A stretch of DNA of 64,000 nt from Eubacteriales bacterium (GTDB taxonomy: Bacteria > Bacillota > Clostridia > Oscillospirales > CAG-272): NCBI GenBank assembly GCA_045543955.1, contig JAZPYB010000023.1, positions 65,499 to 129,498 on the forward strand, written 5' to 3'. The notes beneath the pieces were generated by a model. The model was not told the origin of the DNA. It searched no databases and saw nothing but the letters and a program-made list of their open reading frames with translations. Below, one piece after another: positions 37,082 to 46,537 of the stretch. Numbering within the stretch: the first letter of the stretch is position 1; every line of letters begins with the position of its first letter. The position numbers and the translations under genes are program-made.

Positions 37082-39442
37082 TTATTTTGAAAATTGAAGG
37101 TTAAGCTTTTCGCCCGCCTTTAATGAAATTAACGCATAACCGTTTTTGTCAAGAAGGTAATTTTGAAGATTTGGGTATGCGATAGATGCGATTTTGATTT
37201 TGGCATTACGAGCAGCTGAAATTTCTGCAATTGCTATGTCTTTATCCCATTTTATCGACACATCTATGCCGTTTTGTGTGCGTAAGCCACTAATTTCTCC
37301 CTTTTGCCACTCGCTTGGTAAAGCGGGCAAAATTTCAATGATGCCAGAAGGAGATGAGTAGAGAAGCATTTCATAAACCGCGGCAGTAAATCCCATATTT
37401 GCATCAATTTGAAAAGGAGCTTTTCCTGCGTGCATATATTTAAGAGTTACACCCATGTTGCGCCAGTCGTTATGATAAGTGAATAGATTAGGTCCGGTGC
37501 AGAAGCGGAGAAGCAGGTCAAGACATTTTTTAGCTCCTGCTCCATCCTTCAGTCTTGCATAAATATTAGCCATATGAGCAAGTGACCAACCGGTTTGCTC
37601 TTTAAGACCAATTATTAGTCGCTTTTCAACTGCAATCTTCATAGCTTCAAACAACTTGCCACTGTTTTTGTCAATTTCGTAAGCAGGGAAGAGCGGGTAA
37701 ATGTGAGATTGGTGTCTGTGATGATAGTTATCTAAAAAGTCCTTGTGCAACCACTCTTTTATTGCCCCGTCATCGTTAATTTCATATTCTGGGATTGCTA
37801 AAAGCATCTTTTTCCAGTCTGCCACCTTGTCGACATCTATGCCAAGTAAAGTAGCAGAATCGATTAGACTTGTAAGAAGCTCTTTGAGTAGAGCAAAGTC
37901 CATTGTCGGGTTGATACAAACGCTGATTTCTCCACCACCCTCGTAAAGTCCATTGGGGCGATTTTCAGGAGAGTCAGATGGATATGATTTTAACTTGCCG
38001 TTTTCATCATATACATAAAAGTCTTCATAGAAAAGTGCGCACTCCTTCATAAACGGGTAAGCGCGTTCCTTTAAGAAGCGTTCATCCCTTGTGTAAAGAT
38101 AGTATTCATAATATATTGCACTAATCCAAGCAGATGAGCCGGTCCAATATAAAACGTGAGGCTGTAGATTTTTCTTTTTTCCACATCCGTTGTCCATAAA
38201 TAGTGGCAAAAGCAGACCACGGCATCCATAAAGCTTTCGTGCGTTTTCGCGGTAATCCTCTTTAAATTTGTCATATAGATTGAACAATGGAAGCAAAGCC
38301 TCGCAAAGTCCCCCTTTACATGCTTGCCAGTATGCCATTTGTATGTTTTCGTTGTTAAAATATGTACAAGCCCATGCAGGAGAGTAGTCTCCGTTCCAAA
38401 TTCCTTGTAGGTTTGCTGGGTAATCACAGTTGATAGATGAGGAAATAAGTAAATATCTACCGAAATCTGCCATCTTTTCGGCAAGTAAAGGGCTAACAAC
38501 TCCGTTGTAGCTATCTAATTGCATTTCTTCAAGGGATGCATCCTTATCAGAACCAAGAGAAAGCTTTGTTTTGTTAAACAGCTTGGAAAATGCCACCCTG
38601 TGTCGATTAAACAGCGTGTCGTAGTCGTTTGATAGCGCGCTGATTTGATTAAATAGCTCCTCTTTATGCTCAATAGTGTCTGCCACATTGATTGCAAGTA
38701 AAACCTCATAAGCACCCGAAATTTCCAAGAAACCATCAAAGCTTGCATCACCTGACATATCAATTTTTCTTTTTTTGTGCGTTCCGTGAGAAATTTTGCC
38801 GTCTGTTTTTAAAATTTTTACAATGCTACAGTAGTTTAGCCCACCCTGTGTCGTAAATTCGCTGTATATTCCATCATCAAGTGGCTCTGTTTTTTGATCG
38901 GAATTGCCACCTGAATCGGGCAAATCTGCTAAATCGTGCTTTTCAAGGGCGAGTCTCAAGCCTTGTGGAGAATCACTGCTGATTTTTACAATTACTGCGC
39001 CATCAGTTTGAGATGCAAATACCTCACGAGTGCAATTTGTTCCAGCATCCTTGTATTTAACTGTGCAAATGCCGTTTTCCATATCTAGAGTGCGCGAATA
39101 ATCGGTAAAGGCATCCTTGTTTTCAAACAAAATATGCAAATCTAAGGCAGGGTAGTATTTTCCACTTGAAGGACAATATTTGGCATCCTCCAGTTTTTTT
39201 GTGTAGTAGTCTTCTGCTTCCTTATATTTTCCATCGTCCATAAGTTTACGCACTTCGTAAAGCGATTTTGATACATCAGGAATTTCCTTGTCCTCGCACC
39301 AATTAAAAAGCGATTCGTGGTTGATTAAAATTCTTTCGTCATATACGCAACCATAAACTGAAGCACCTAACACACCATTTCCAAGAGGGGTAGCATCATT
39401 CCATCTGGTTGCAGGATATTTGTTTACTAATGTTTTTTTCAT
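37082..39442 (-). CDS. glycoside hydrolase family 95 alpha-L-fucosidase
   Basis: N-terminus W.DATPLGNG.LGA.VYG plus a large (alpha/alpha)6-type body. The track ORF starts at TTG 39460. Confidence 0.8.
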   Translation of the reverse strand: MKKTLVNKYPATRWNDATPLGNGVLGASVYGCVYDERILINHESLFNWCEDKEIPDVSKSLYEVRKLMDDGKYKEAEDYYTKKLEDAKYCPSSGKYYPALDLHILFENKDAFTDYSRTLDMENGICTVKYKDAGTNCTREVFASQTDGAVIVKISSDSPQGLRLALEKHDLADLPDSGGNSDQKTEPLDDGIYSEFTTQGGLNYCSIVKILKTDGKISHGTHKKRKIDMSGDASFDGFLEISGAYEVLLAINVADTIEHKEELFNQISALSNDYDTLFNRHRVAFSKLFNKTKLSLGSDKDASLEEMQLDSYNGVVSPLLAEKMADFGRYLLISSSINCDYPANLQGIWNGDYSPAWACTYFNNENIQMAYWQACKGGLCEALLPLFNLYDKFKEDYRENARKLYGCRGLLLPLFMDNGCGKKKNLQPHVLYWTGSSAWISAIYYEYYLYTRDERFLKERAYPFMKECALFYEDFYVYDENGKLKSYPSDSPENRPNGLYEGGGEISVCINPTMDFALLKELLTSLIDSATLLGIDVDKVADWKKMLLAIPEYEINDDGAIKEWLHKDFLDNYHHRHQSHIYPLFPAYEIDKNSGKLFEAMKIAVEKRLIIGLKEQTGWSLAHMANIYARLKDGAGAKKCLDLLLRFCTGPNLFTYHNDWRNMGVTLKYMHAGKAPFQIDANMGFTAAVYEMLLYSSPSGIIEILPALPSEWQKGEISGLRTQNGIDVSIKWDKDIAIAEISAARNAKIKIASIAYPNLQNYLLDKNGYALISLKAGEKLNLQFSK

Positions 39443-39579
39443 AAGGCGACTCTCTTTCAATTAATACAAATTAAGTATAACACAACAAACTTCTAGTGTC
39501 AATCGATATTGACATTTACTATTGTAAATGGTAAAATTATGACAGGCTAATTTTATTCTATAGCCAAAGGAGTTTTTAA

Positions 39580-40875
39580 ATGAGTATTCAAAGCGAAAGA
39601 GCAATTAGAACAAAGGATTATTGTTATGACCGCTTCGGTATGTTTATACACTGGGGTCTTTACTCTATCCCTGCGGAGCATGAGTGGATTCGCTCACACA
39701 AGAGAATCACAATAGAGGAATATCAAAAGTATTTTGATACCTTTGACCCAGTAAACTATGACCCTAAAAAGTGGGCTAAGCTTGCAAAAAAAGCAGGTAT
39801 GAGATACGCTGTTTTGACAACAAAGCACCACGATGGCTTCTGCTTATTTGATAGCCAATATACTGACTATAAGGCGACAAACACTCCGGCTGGACGTGAC
39901 CTTGTAAGAGAATATGTCGATGCCTTTCGCGCAGAGGGGATAAAGGTAGGCTTCTACTATTCACTCCTTGACTGGCATCATCCAGATTATCCTGCGTATG
40001 ATGACTTGCACCATCCAATGAGAGGAAACGAAGCATATAAGCACCAAAATGGTGAGCACTTTGAAAGATATGTTGAATATATGCATAACCAAGTAAGAGA
40101 GCTTCTTACTAATTATGGAAGAATTGATGTAATGTGGTTCGATTTTTCATATGGAGATATGACTGCTGAAAAGTGGCATGCCACTGAAATGGTTAAAATG
40201 GCAAGAGAGCTTCAACCTCACATTATTATTGACAACCGTATGGGAGGAGATCCAACCTCTGCTGAGCCGGAAATTTATTCAGGCGATTTTGCATCCCCTG
40301 AGCAGATGATTCCTGCGTGGGGTGTGCGCGATGTGTTTGGCAATCCTGTTCCTTGGGAAACCTGTATCACTCTGAACGGGCATTGGGGCTATTGTGCCAA
40401 GGACACAAACTATAAGAGTGCTAAAAATGTTATCAATATGCTTATGGAATGCGTAAGTAAGGGCGGAAATCTATTATTAAATGTAGGTCCTGATGCAAAG
40501 GGCAATATTCCGGATAAGAGCATTGAAATTCTAACCGAGGTGGGCGAATGGATGCGCCTAAACTCCGAGGCAGTTTACGGCTGCGGAATTGCAGATATTC
40601 CAAAGCATGACTGGGGCAGAATTACAAAGAGTGACGATGCACTTTACCTCTATGTTCAAGATACCTGCTCGGAAAATATTGCAATTTATGATTGTCCATA
40701 TAAGGTTAAGGGAGCAGTGCTATTGGCAGATGGTAGCTATATAAATATGGCAGAGCCTTGGAATGCCCATAGCTATAAGGTGGAAGGCAAGGATGTAATT
40801 TTTGTAGCAACCCCTGAGTTTAGAAACCTCAACGGAAATGCAAATGTAATAAAAATCTATCTCGATAAAGAATAA
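39580..40875 (+). CDS. glycoside hydrolase family 29 alpha-L-fucosidase
   Basis: FGMFIHWGLYSIPA...Y.VLTTKHHDGF.L motifs. Confidence 0.85.
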   Translation: MSIQSERAIRTKDYCYDRFGMFIHWGLYSIPAEHEWIRSHKRITIEEYQKYFDTFDPVNYDPKKWAKLAKKAGMRYAVLTTKHHDGFCLFDSQYTDYKATNTPAGRDLVREYVDAFRAEGIKVGFYYSLLDWHHPDYPAYDDLHHPMRGNEAYKHQNGEHFERYVEYMHNQVRELLTNYGRIDVMWFDFSYGDMTAEKWHATEMVKMARELQPHIIIDNRMGGDPTSAEPEIYSGDFASPEQMIPAWGVRDVFGNPVPWETCITLNGHWGYCAKDTNYKSAKNVINMLMECVSKGGNLLLNVGPDAKGNIPDKSIEILTEVGEWMRLNSEAVYGCGIADIPKHDWGRITKSDDALYLYVQDTCSENIAIYDCPYKVKGAVLLADGSYINMAEPWNAHSYKVEGKDVIFVATPEFRNLNGNANVIKIYLDKE

Positions 40876-40884
40876 AAAATGAAG

Positions 40885-40915
40885 GGCAGACCACTTGATA
40901 TGGTCTGCCTTTTAT
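40885..40915 (+). terminator. rho-independent terminator
   Basis: ggcagacca-cttgata-tggtctgcc plus TTTTAT. Confidence 0.7.
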
Positions 40916-40946
40916 ATAAGCTATTATATTATAATTTATTTTAGTA

Positions 40947-40975
40947 TTGACAATTTATGTCGTATTTGCTAAAAT
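40947..40975 (+). promoter_or_regulatory. sigma-A-type promoter of the MoxR/VWA locus
   Basis: TTGACA (40947-52), 17-nt spacer, TGcTAAAAT extended -10 (40967-75). Confidence 0.55.
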
Positions 40976-41013
40976 ATATATACTTATAATAATATGCGTT
41001 TAGGAGGGTGATT

Positions 41014-42759
41014 ATGGATAAAGAAGTAAAAAATCCTATAAATCATTCCGTAAGCGAAGAAAATAAGGTGGAAAATGCCACAAAAGCTCCTGACAAGGAA
41101 GCGATTATACAAAAGGTAAAGGAAAAAACTGTTGAGCTCATAGAAAATGGCGAATACAAAAAGCCAAAGGCTCGAACTAGCACCTATAATCCACCTCAAA
41201 TACTTTTGCCTAAGGACGATTCTGAAGAAACAAAGAAAAAATATCTCGGATTTGGAAAATTTGAAAGGGAAGCTAATAAAGCAAGACATATAAAAGCGAT
41301 TTTTGCAGGGCTTTCATTGGCGTTTATAGTTAGTGGACTCTTGGTTATTCTTTCCAAGCTGGAAATTATAAATATCAATTATTGGATTACGATAGCAATA
41401 GCAATATGCTCGTTTTTTGTTGCTTGGACACCTGTGTTTATTATGTGCAGGTTCAATCTTGAAAAAACCGCAAAGCAGCTTGACCAAAGGTTTTCATTAA
41501 AGGAAAAATCTCAATCTACAATCGAAACCTTGAGAAACGACTCTGAAATGGGCGTTCTTTTGAGAAACGATTTAAGGAAAGAAATTGAGAAAATCGGAGC
41601 AAGTGAATTAAAGGCGCATAAATTCATTTGGATTTACGCGAGCGTGTTTATAATAAGCTGTGCGCTTCTTTTGACCGGAATAATAATTCCAAAAGAGCAT
41701 GTGGATAATTTGACAAGGCCACCTGTTACCAATACAGAATCTGATTATTTTGTTCTCAGCGAGGAAAATGAGGCTAAGCTTAATGAGCTTAAAGCAAGCG
41801 TTCAAAATTCAAGCATGGTTGAGGATGCAAAATCTGAAATCGTTACTGAAATTGACAATCTTTTAAAGCTTCTTAAAAACGTAAGAATGCTTAAAAAGGA
41901 TGCTGTTAATACGGCTAAGCTGACAGCAGATAAAATAGATACAATTACTATGGAAACAGGCTCACAACACGAGCTTTATACGGCGCTCAAAAAGCATGAC
42001 AGCGTATATACGAGAGAGTTTGCCCGACTGCTTTCAAAATTCAGCTGGGAAAAGCATCTGATAAAGCGAATGGAAGTACAGTCATTGTTTGTACATAAGG
42101 ACGAGGGAGCCGAGGTTCCCGACCTTGAGCAAATGAAAAAGGACACAATCAAGGCGCTAAATGATGCTTCTACTCATATGCTTTTAGCACTTGAGTCAGC
42201 AGATGTTCCATCAACCGACCCATTATATGAATTATTATATAAGTTTACAACCGAAAACGACCCATCAAATAAAGAAGCAAAGGGCGAGGGACTTTATGGT
42301 ACTAAAGAAATAGCAAGTGAGATGGAAAGCTTGTCGTATAGATGGGCACAAAAGAGGATAGAGGCTCTGTTCTCAATCTTAGGCGAGGATATATTTAGAG
42401 AGCTGGATTTACAAAATCAAAACTATTCAGTTGGCTATGGCGCAGCAAACAAAATCCGTTCAATGTTTGGCATTCCTAAAAAAGATATAGAGGACAACTC
42501 TAAGGAAGAAAAAGAGGAAGATGAGGAAGAAAAGACCCCACCAGAGGGCGCAGACGGCGGTGGTGGAGGCGGTCTTACCTTTGCCGGCGACGATGCTGTT
42601 TATGACAAGGACAAGTTGAGCCATGTTACATACGGCGACGTAATCAATACTTATTATATGCTAATGCAAAGCACTGACTATACACCTGAACAAAAGGCAG
42701 CAATCCAAAAATACTTTGAGACGCTTTTTGTGGGACTAGAAGAGAAAGATGAGGGTTAA
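41014..42759 (+). CDS. 3-TM membrane protein with a long helical C-terminal domain, hypothetical
   Basis: AGGAGG 41002-07 then ATG 41014. TM segments near aa 95-118, 126-148 and 205-227. Coiled-coil-like stretch, acidic EEKEEDEEEK, G6 tract. Confidence 0.6.
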   Translation: MDKEVKNPINHSVSEENKVENATKAPDKEAIIQKVKEKTVELIENGEYKKPKARTSTYNPPQILLPKDDSEETKKKYLGFGKFEREANKARHIKAIFAGLSLAFIVSGLLVILSKLEIININYWITIAIAICSFFVAWTPVFIMCRFNLEKTAKQLDQRFSLKEKSQSTIETLRNDSEMGVLLRNDLRKEIEKIGASELKAHKFIWIYASVFIISCALLLTGIIIPKEHVDNLTRPPVTNTESDYFVLSEENEAKLNELKASVQNSSMVEDAKSEIVTEIDNLLKLLKNVRMLKKDAVNTAKLTADKIDTITMETGSQHELYTALKKHDSVYTREFARLLSKFSWEKHLIKRMEVQSLFVHKDEGAEVPDLEQMKKDTIKALNDASTHMLLALESADVPSTDPLYELLYKFTTENDPSNKEAKGEGLYGTKEIASEMESLSYRWAQKRIEALFSILGEDIFRELDLQNQNYSVGYGAANKIRSMFGIPKKDIEDNSKEEKEEDEEEKTPPEGADGGGGGGLTFAGDDAVYDKDKLSHVTYGDVINTYYMLMQSTDYTPEQKAAIQKYFETLFVGLEEKDEG

Positions 42760-42762
42760 AAA

Positions 42763-43779
42763 ATGAGCAAAAATGAAATGAAAAATAGAGTAGCAACAGC
42801 TGAGGAGCTTGAAAAGGTAAAGCTATTTAGCGAAAAGGTTGCAAAAATCAAGGACGAATTAAAAAAGGACGTCGTTGGCCAAAAGGAAATTATTGATAAC
42901 GTTATTATTGCAATAGTAGCAGGTGGTAACGTTCTTTTGGAGGGTGTTCCTGGCGTTGGTAAGACACGTTTGGTTCGTTCACTTGGTAGAGTTCTTTCTC
43001 TCCCATTCTCACGTATTCAATTTACACCTGACCTTATGCCATCAGACGTTACAGGTACAAACATAGTTGAAAAGGATGAAAACGGCAGACTCAATACATC
43101 CTTTAGAAAGGGACCAATCTTTGCAAACCTTGTTTTAGCAGATGAAATCAACCGTGCAACTCCGAAAACACAATCAGCTATGCTTGAGGTAATGCAGGAG
43201 CACAAGGTTACAGTTGGTAACGACGTACATAAAATTGCTGAACCATTCTTTGTTTTGGCAACAGAAAACCCAATAGAGCAGGACGGTACATACCCACTTC
43301 CAGAGGCGCAAATGGACCGTTTCGTGTTCAAGCTAATTGTTAATTTCCCATCAGATGAGGAGCTAGCTGATATCGTTAAGATGACTCAAATTACACTTGA
43401 CGAAACAGCAACTGCCGTAATTGATGGCGATGAAATTTTGGAAATGAGAAGACTCGCTTCGGGAGTTATCGTTTCTGAAGACGTTCTTATGTATGCAATC
43501 AGACTCGTTTCTGGCACTCACCCAGAGCTTGATAAGTCTTGCGCTAGCACAAAGAAGTATGTAAAATATGGTGCTTCTCCCCGTGCTGGACAAGCGCTCA
43601 TTACATGCGCTAAGGCTAAGGCTCTTATGGAAGGCAGATATAATGTTTCTTATGACGATATTAATGAGCTTGCATACCCTGTACTTCGCCACAGAATTAA
43701 GATTAACTTCACAGCTGTAAACGACAAGCTTGGAGTAGATGATGTAATCTCAATGATAATAAAGGAAACTAAAAAATGA
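42763..43779 (+). CDS. MoxR-family AAA+ ATPase
   Basis: Walker A GVPGVGKT, Walker B LADEINRA, QSAMLEVMQE, and R-finger region GASPRAGQAL. Confidence 0.9.
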   Translation: MSKNEMKNRVATAEELEKVKLFSEKVAKIKDELKKDVVGQKEIIDNVIIAIVAGGNVLLEGVPGVGKTRLVRSLGRVLSLPFSRIQFTPDLMPSDVTGTNIVEKDENGRLNTSFRKGPIFANLVLADEINRATPKTQSAMLEVMQEHKVTVGNDVHKIAEPFFVLATENPIEQDGTYPLPEAQMDRFVFKLIVNFPSDEELADIVKMTQITLDETATAVIDGDEILEMRRLASGVIVSEDVLMYAIRLVSGTHPELDKSCASTKKYVKYGASPRAGQALITCAKAKALMEGRYNVSYDDINELAYPVLRHRIKINFTAVNDKLGVDDVISMIIKETKK

Positions 43780-44660
43780 GTAAATTCACGATAAATGAGG
43801 AGCTTTTGAGCGAGATAGAATCGCTTCAAAGCATTCTCAAAAACAATGTAGCCGGTATGTTTGGCGGAAATCGTCAATCAAAAAGCTTCGGTTCATCGTG
43901 TGAATTTGCAGATTATAGAGACTATCTCCCAGGAGATGATATAAACAGAATTGACTGGAATGCATATGCAAGATTTGATAAGCTTTACCAAAAGCTATAT
44001 TATGACGAGAGACAGATGCATACCAGAATATATATTGATGCCAGCCGTTCAATGTGCCACGGCAGTGATGAAAAAGCATCTCAAGCATTAAAAATTGCTG
44101 CGTGCTTGGCATATCTTTCCGTTTGTGAGATGGAAAAGGTTTCAATATATGCAATTCACGGCAAGGAAATCGAAGAGGTTATATCGGGTATGGTAGGCAA
44201 GGAGTCCTATATTACCTCTATAAATAAGCTCAATGACATAGAATTTGTTGGGGACAGCCATATTAGCGAGGCGATAATCCCTACAAATGTCGGCAGGGGC
44301 GACGGCTTTTCCGTTATAATTTCCGACTTTTTAACTGATGAAAATTACGAGAGTGCGATTGACCACCTCGTATCAAAGAAAAAGGATGTTATTTGCGTTC
44401 AAATTTTATCTCAAGAGGAATTAAATCCTCAAATGAGAGGAAAGATGCATCTTTTCGACTCGGAAAATGCAGCAAAAACATACCGTAAAAAAATAGACCA
44501 TGATATTGTCAAGGCTTATAAAGAGGCTTTGAAGTTCGTAATTGAAAGAATCAAGGGATACTGCGAGGCAAGAGGCGCTCAATACCTTTTAGCCCCGGCT
44601 AGCGCTAGCATTTACGAGGTATTCTTTGTCAAGCTAGTGGATATGGAGGTGCTTAAATGA
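43776..44660 (+). CDS. DUF58 domain protein (VWA-like, MoxR partner)
   Basis: FADYRDYLPGDDINRIDWNAYAR motif. ATGA overlap with moxR. Confidence 0.85.
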   Translation: MSKFTINEELLSEIESLQSILKNNVAGMFGGNRQSKSFGSSCEFADYRDYLPGDDINRIDWNAYARFDKLYQKLYYDERQMHTRIYIDASRSMCHGSDEKASQALKIAACLAYLSVCEMEKVSIYAIHGKEIEEVISGMVGKESYITSINKLNDIEFVGDSHISEAIIPTNVGRGDGFSVIISDFLTDENYESAIDHLVSKKKDVICVQILSQEELNPQMRGKMHLFDSENAAKTYRKKIDHDIVKAYKEALKFVIERIKGYCEARGAQYLLAPASASIYEVFFVKLVDMEVLK

Positions 44661-46537
44661 GCTTAATGTACCCTCTTTGTCTTCTCGCTCTTTTAGGTGT
44701 TCCTGTCGTTATTATAATTTACATTTTAAAAAGACAATACACAGAGCAGACAGTAAATTCGACATACATTTGGGAGCTAAGTGAGAAGTTCTTAAAAAGA
44801 AGAAATCCACTCAGTGGACTTACTGGCATAATCTCCTTGATTTTGCAAATCTTAATGATTGTTTTAATCGTTTTTGCGTTAATCCACCCACTTATTACTT
44901 TAAAAGGCGAGGCAGAGGAATACTGCTTTGTTCTTGATGCCTCCGGCAGTATGAATATGGCTGAGGAAGAGGAGTCAAGATTTGAACGTGGCAAGGACAA
45001 AATCGAACAAATGATTTCCGACTCAACTAAGGGCAGTGAATACACTCTTATTTGTATGGCTGATGAGGCGACAACTGTTTATGAGCGCTTAAATGATAAG
45101 GACATAGCTATAAAGCTGCTTAACGAGCTTGAGCCCGCATATTCAGGCTCAGATCACTTAAAGGGCGCAAGTGTCGCGCAAGAGCTTTTCAATCAAAGAC
45201 CATCTACAAAGGTATATCTTGTTACAGATAAGGTCTTTGCAATGAAGCAAAATGTTCAAATAATTAATGTTGCCGGCAACGAAAACAATGTTGGCATTAC
45301 AGATTTAGATGTTGTTTGCGAGGACAAGCAGCTCAAAATCAACGGAATTATCAATTCCTACAAAAAGCAAAACACAGTTACTATTGATATATATGTTGAT
45401 GATTCTCCTAGACCTTCAGCAAGTGCGACAGTTATGTCCCCACCACAAAGTGGAATGCCGGCAGGCATGGACACGCCATTTTCAGTTCCGCCAATTCCTT
45501 GTGAGGTAGGCACATATTCAAGCGTAAGAGCCGTTATAAGAAATGCAGATGCATTGATAGAGGACAACGAGATTGTTGTATATAACCAAGAAAGCAACGA
45601 CCAAAACTCAATTATATTAGTTAGTGAAGCACCTCTTTTTCTTGAGGTCGCAATAGATGCACTTGGAGATTATAGTGTGACAAGCGTTACACCTAGTGAA
45701 TACGAGGCTACATATAAGGATAAATCATACGGCTTATATATTTTCGACTCCTATTCTCCTGCTTCAACCCCTGATAATGGTGCTGTTTGGATGCTCAATA
45801 CAAGCACCAGTGTTCCAAATTCTGGATTTAGCTATCGCTCAAGCATAGAGCTAAAGGAGCCTTTGCAAATAGAAAAAACTACTAGCACAGCAACTCTGGC
45901 AAGAAAGCTTCTTGAGGGAATGGAAACCAAAGATATTTATTTGATTAAATATCTAAGATATAGCACCTACACAAATTACACAACACTGTTTTCACTAAAT
46001 GGCACACCGCTTGTTATGGCGGGTGAAAACTCACACGGAAATCGCTCCGTTGTTTTCGCATTTGATATACACGACTCAAATATTGCAATGACGGGAGATT
46101 TTGTTAACCTTTTAGGAAACCTCCTTGGCTACTCATTCCCGAGCGTGCTTGATAAAACAAGCTATGTTGTTGGCGATGATGTTACAATAAACACAGTTGC
46201 AAATAGCGAAAGCATAAAGGTTACATCACCTCTTGGCAATGTAAAATATTTAAACACTGAGCAAACAATTAATGAGTTCTCACTTGACGAGGTCGGCACT
46301 TACATAGTTAATGTAAATGTAGGCGACACAGAGAGTGAATATAAGATTTTCTCCGAGCTTAACTTGGAGGAGCGCTCCCCTAACAGGATAGAGCAAAACT
46401 TCAGCATATACGGTACACCTAGCAATGACCGTATAGATGGAGAATATGACCCTATGATAATTATATTTATTCTCATAGCGGTAATTTTCGCGGCGGATTG
46501 GATGGTGTATATGTATGAAAAACGTCAGCTTCGATAA
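44657..46537 (+). CDS. BatA-like protein: N-terminal double-TM (BatA_N) plus VWA plus C-terminal TM anchor
   Basis: MSLMYPLCLLALLGVPVVIIIYILKR start and second TM. MIDAS VLDASGSMN (44935-49). Terminal TM MIIIFILIAVIFAADWMVY. Confidence 0.8.
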   Translation: MSLMYPLCLLALLGVPVVIIIYILKRQYTEQTVNSTYIWELSEKFLKRRNPLSGLTGIISLILQILMIVLIVFALIHPLITLKGEAEEYCFVLDASGSMNMAEEEESRFERGKDKIEQMISDSTKGSEYTLICMADEATTVYERLNDKDIAIKLLNELEPAYSGSDHLKGASVAQELFNQRPSTKVYLVTDKVFAMKQNVQIINVAGNENNVGITDLDVVCEDKQLKINGIINSYKKQNTVTIDIYVDDSPRPSASATVMSPPQSGMPAGMDTPFSVPPIPCEVGTYSSVRAVIRNADALIEDNEIVVYNQESNDQNSIILVSEAPLFLEVAIDALGDYSVTSVTPSEYEATYKDKSYGLYIFDSYSPASTPDNGAVWMLNTSTSVPNSGFSYRSSIELKEPLQIEKTTSTATLARKLLEGMETKDIYLIKYLRYSTYTNYTTLFSLNGTPLVMAGENSHGNRSVVFAFDIHDSNIAMTGDFVNLLGNLLGYSFPSVLDKTSYVVGDDVTINTVANSESIKVTSPLGNVKYLNTEQTINEFSLDEVGTYIVNVNVGDTESEYKIFSELNLEERSPNRIEQNFSIYGTPSNDRIDGEYDPMIIIFILIAVIFAADWMVYMYEKRQLR

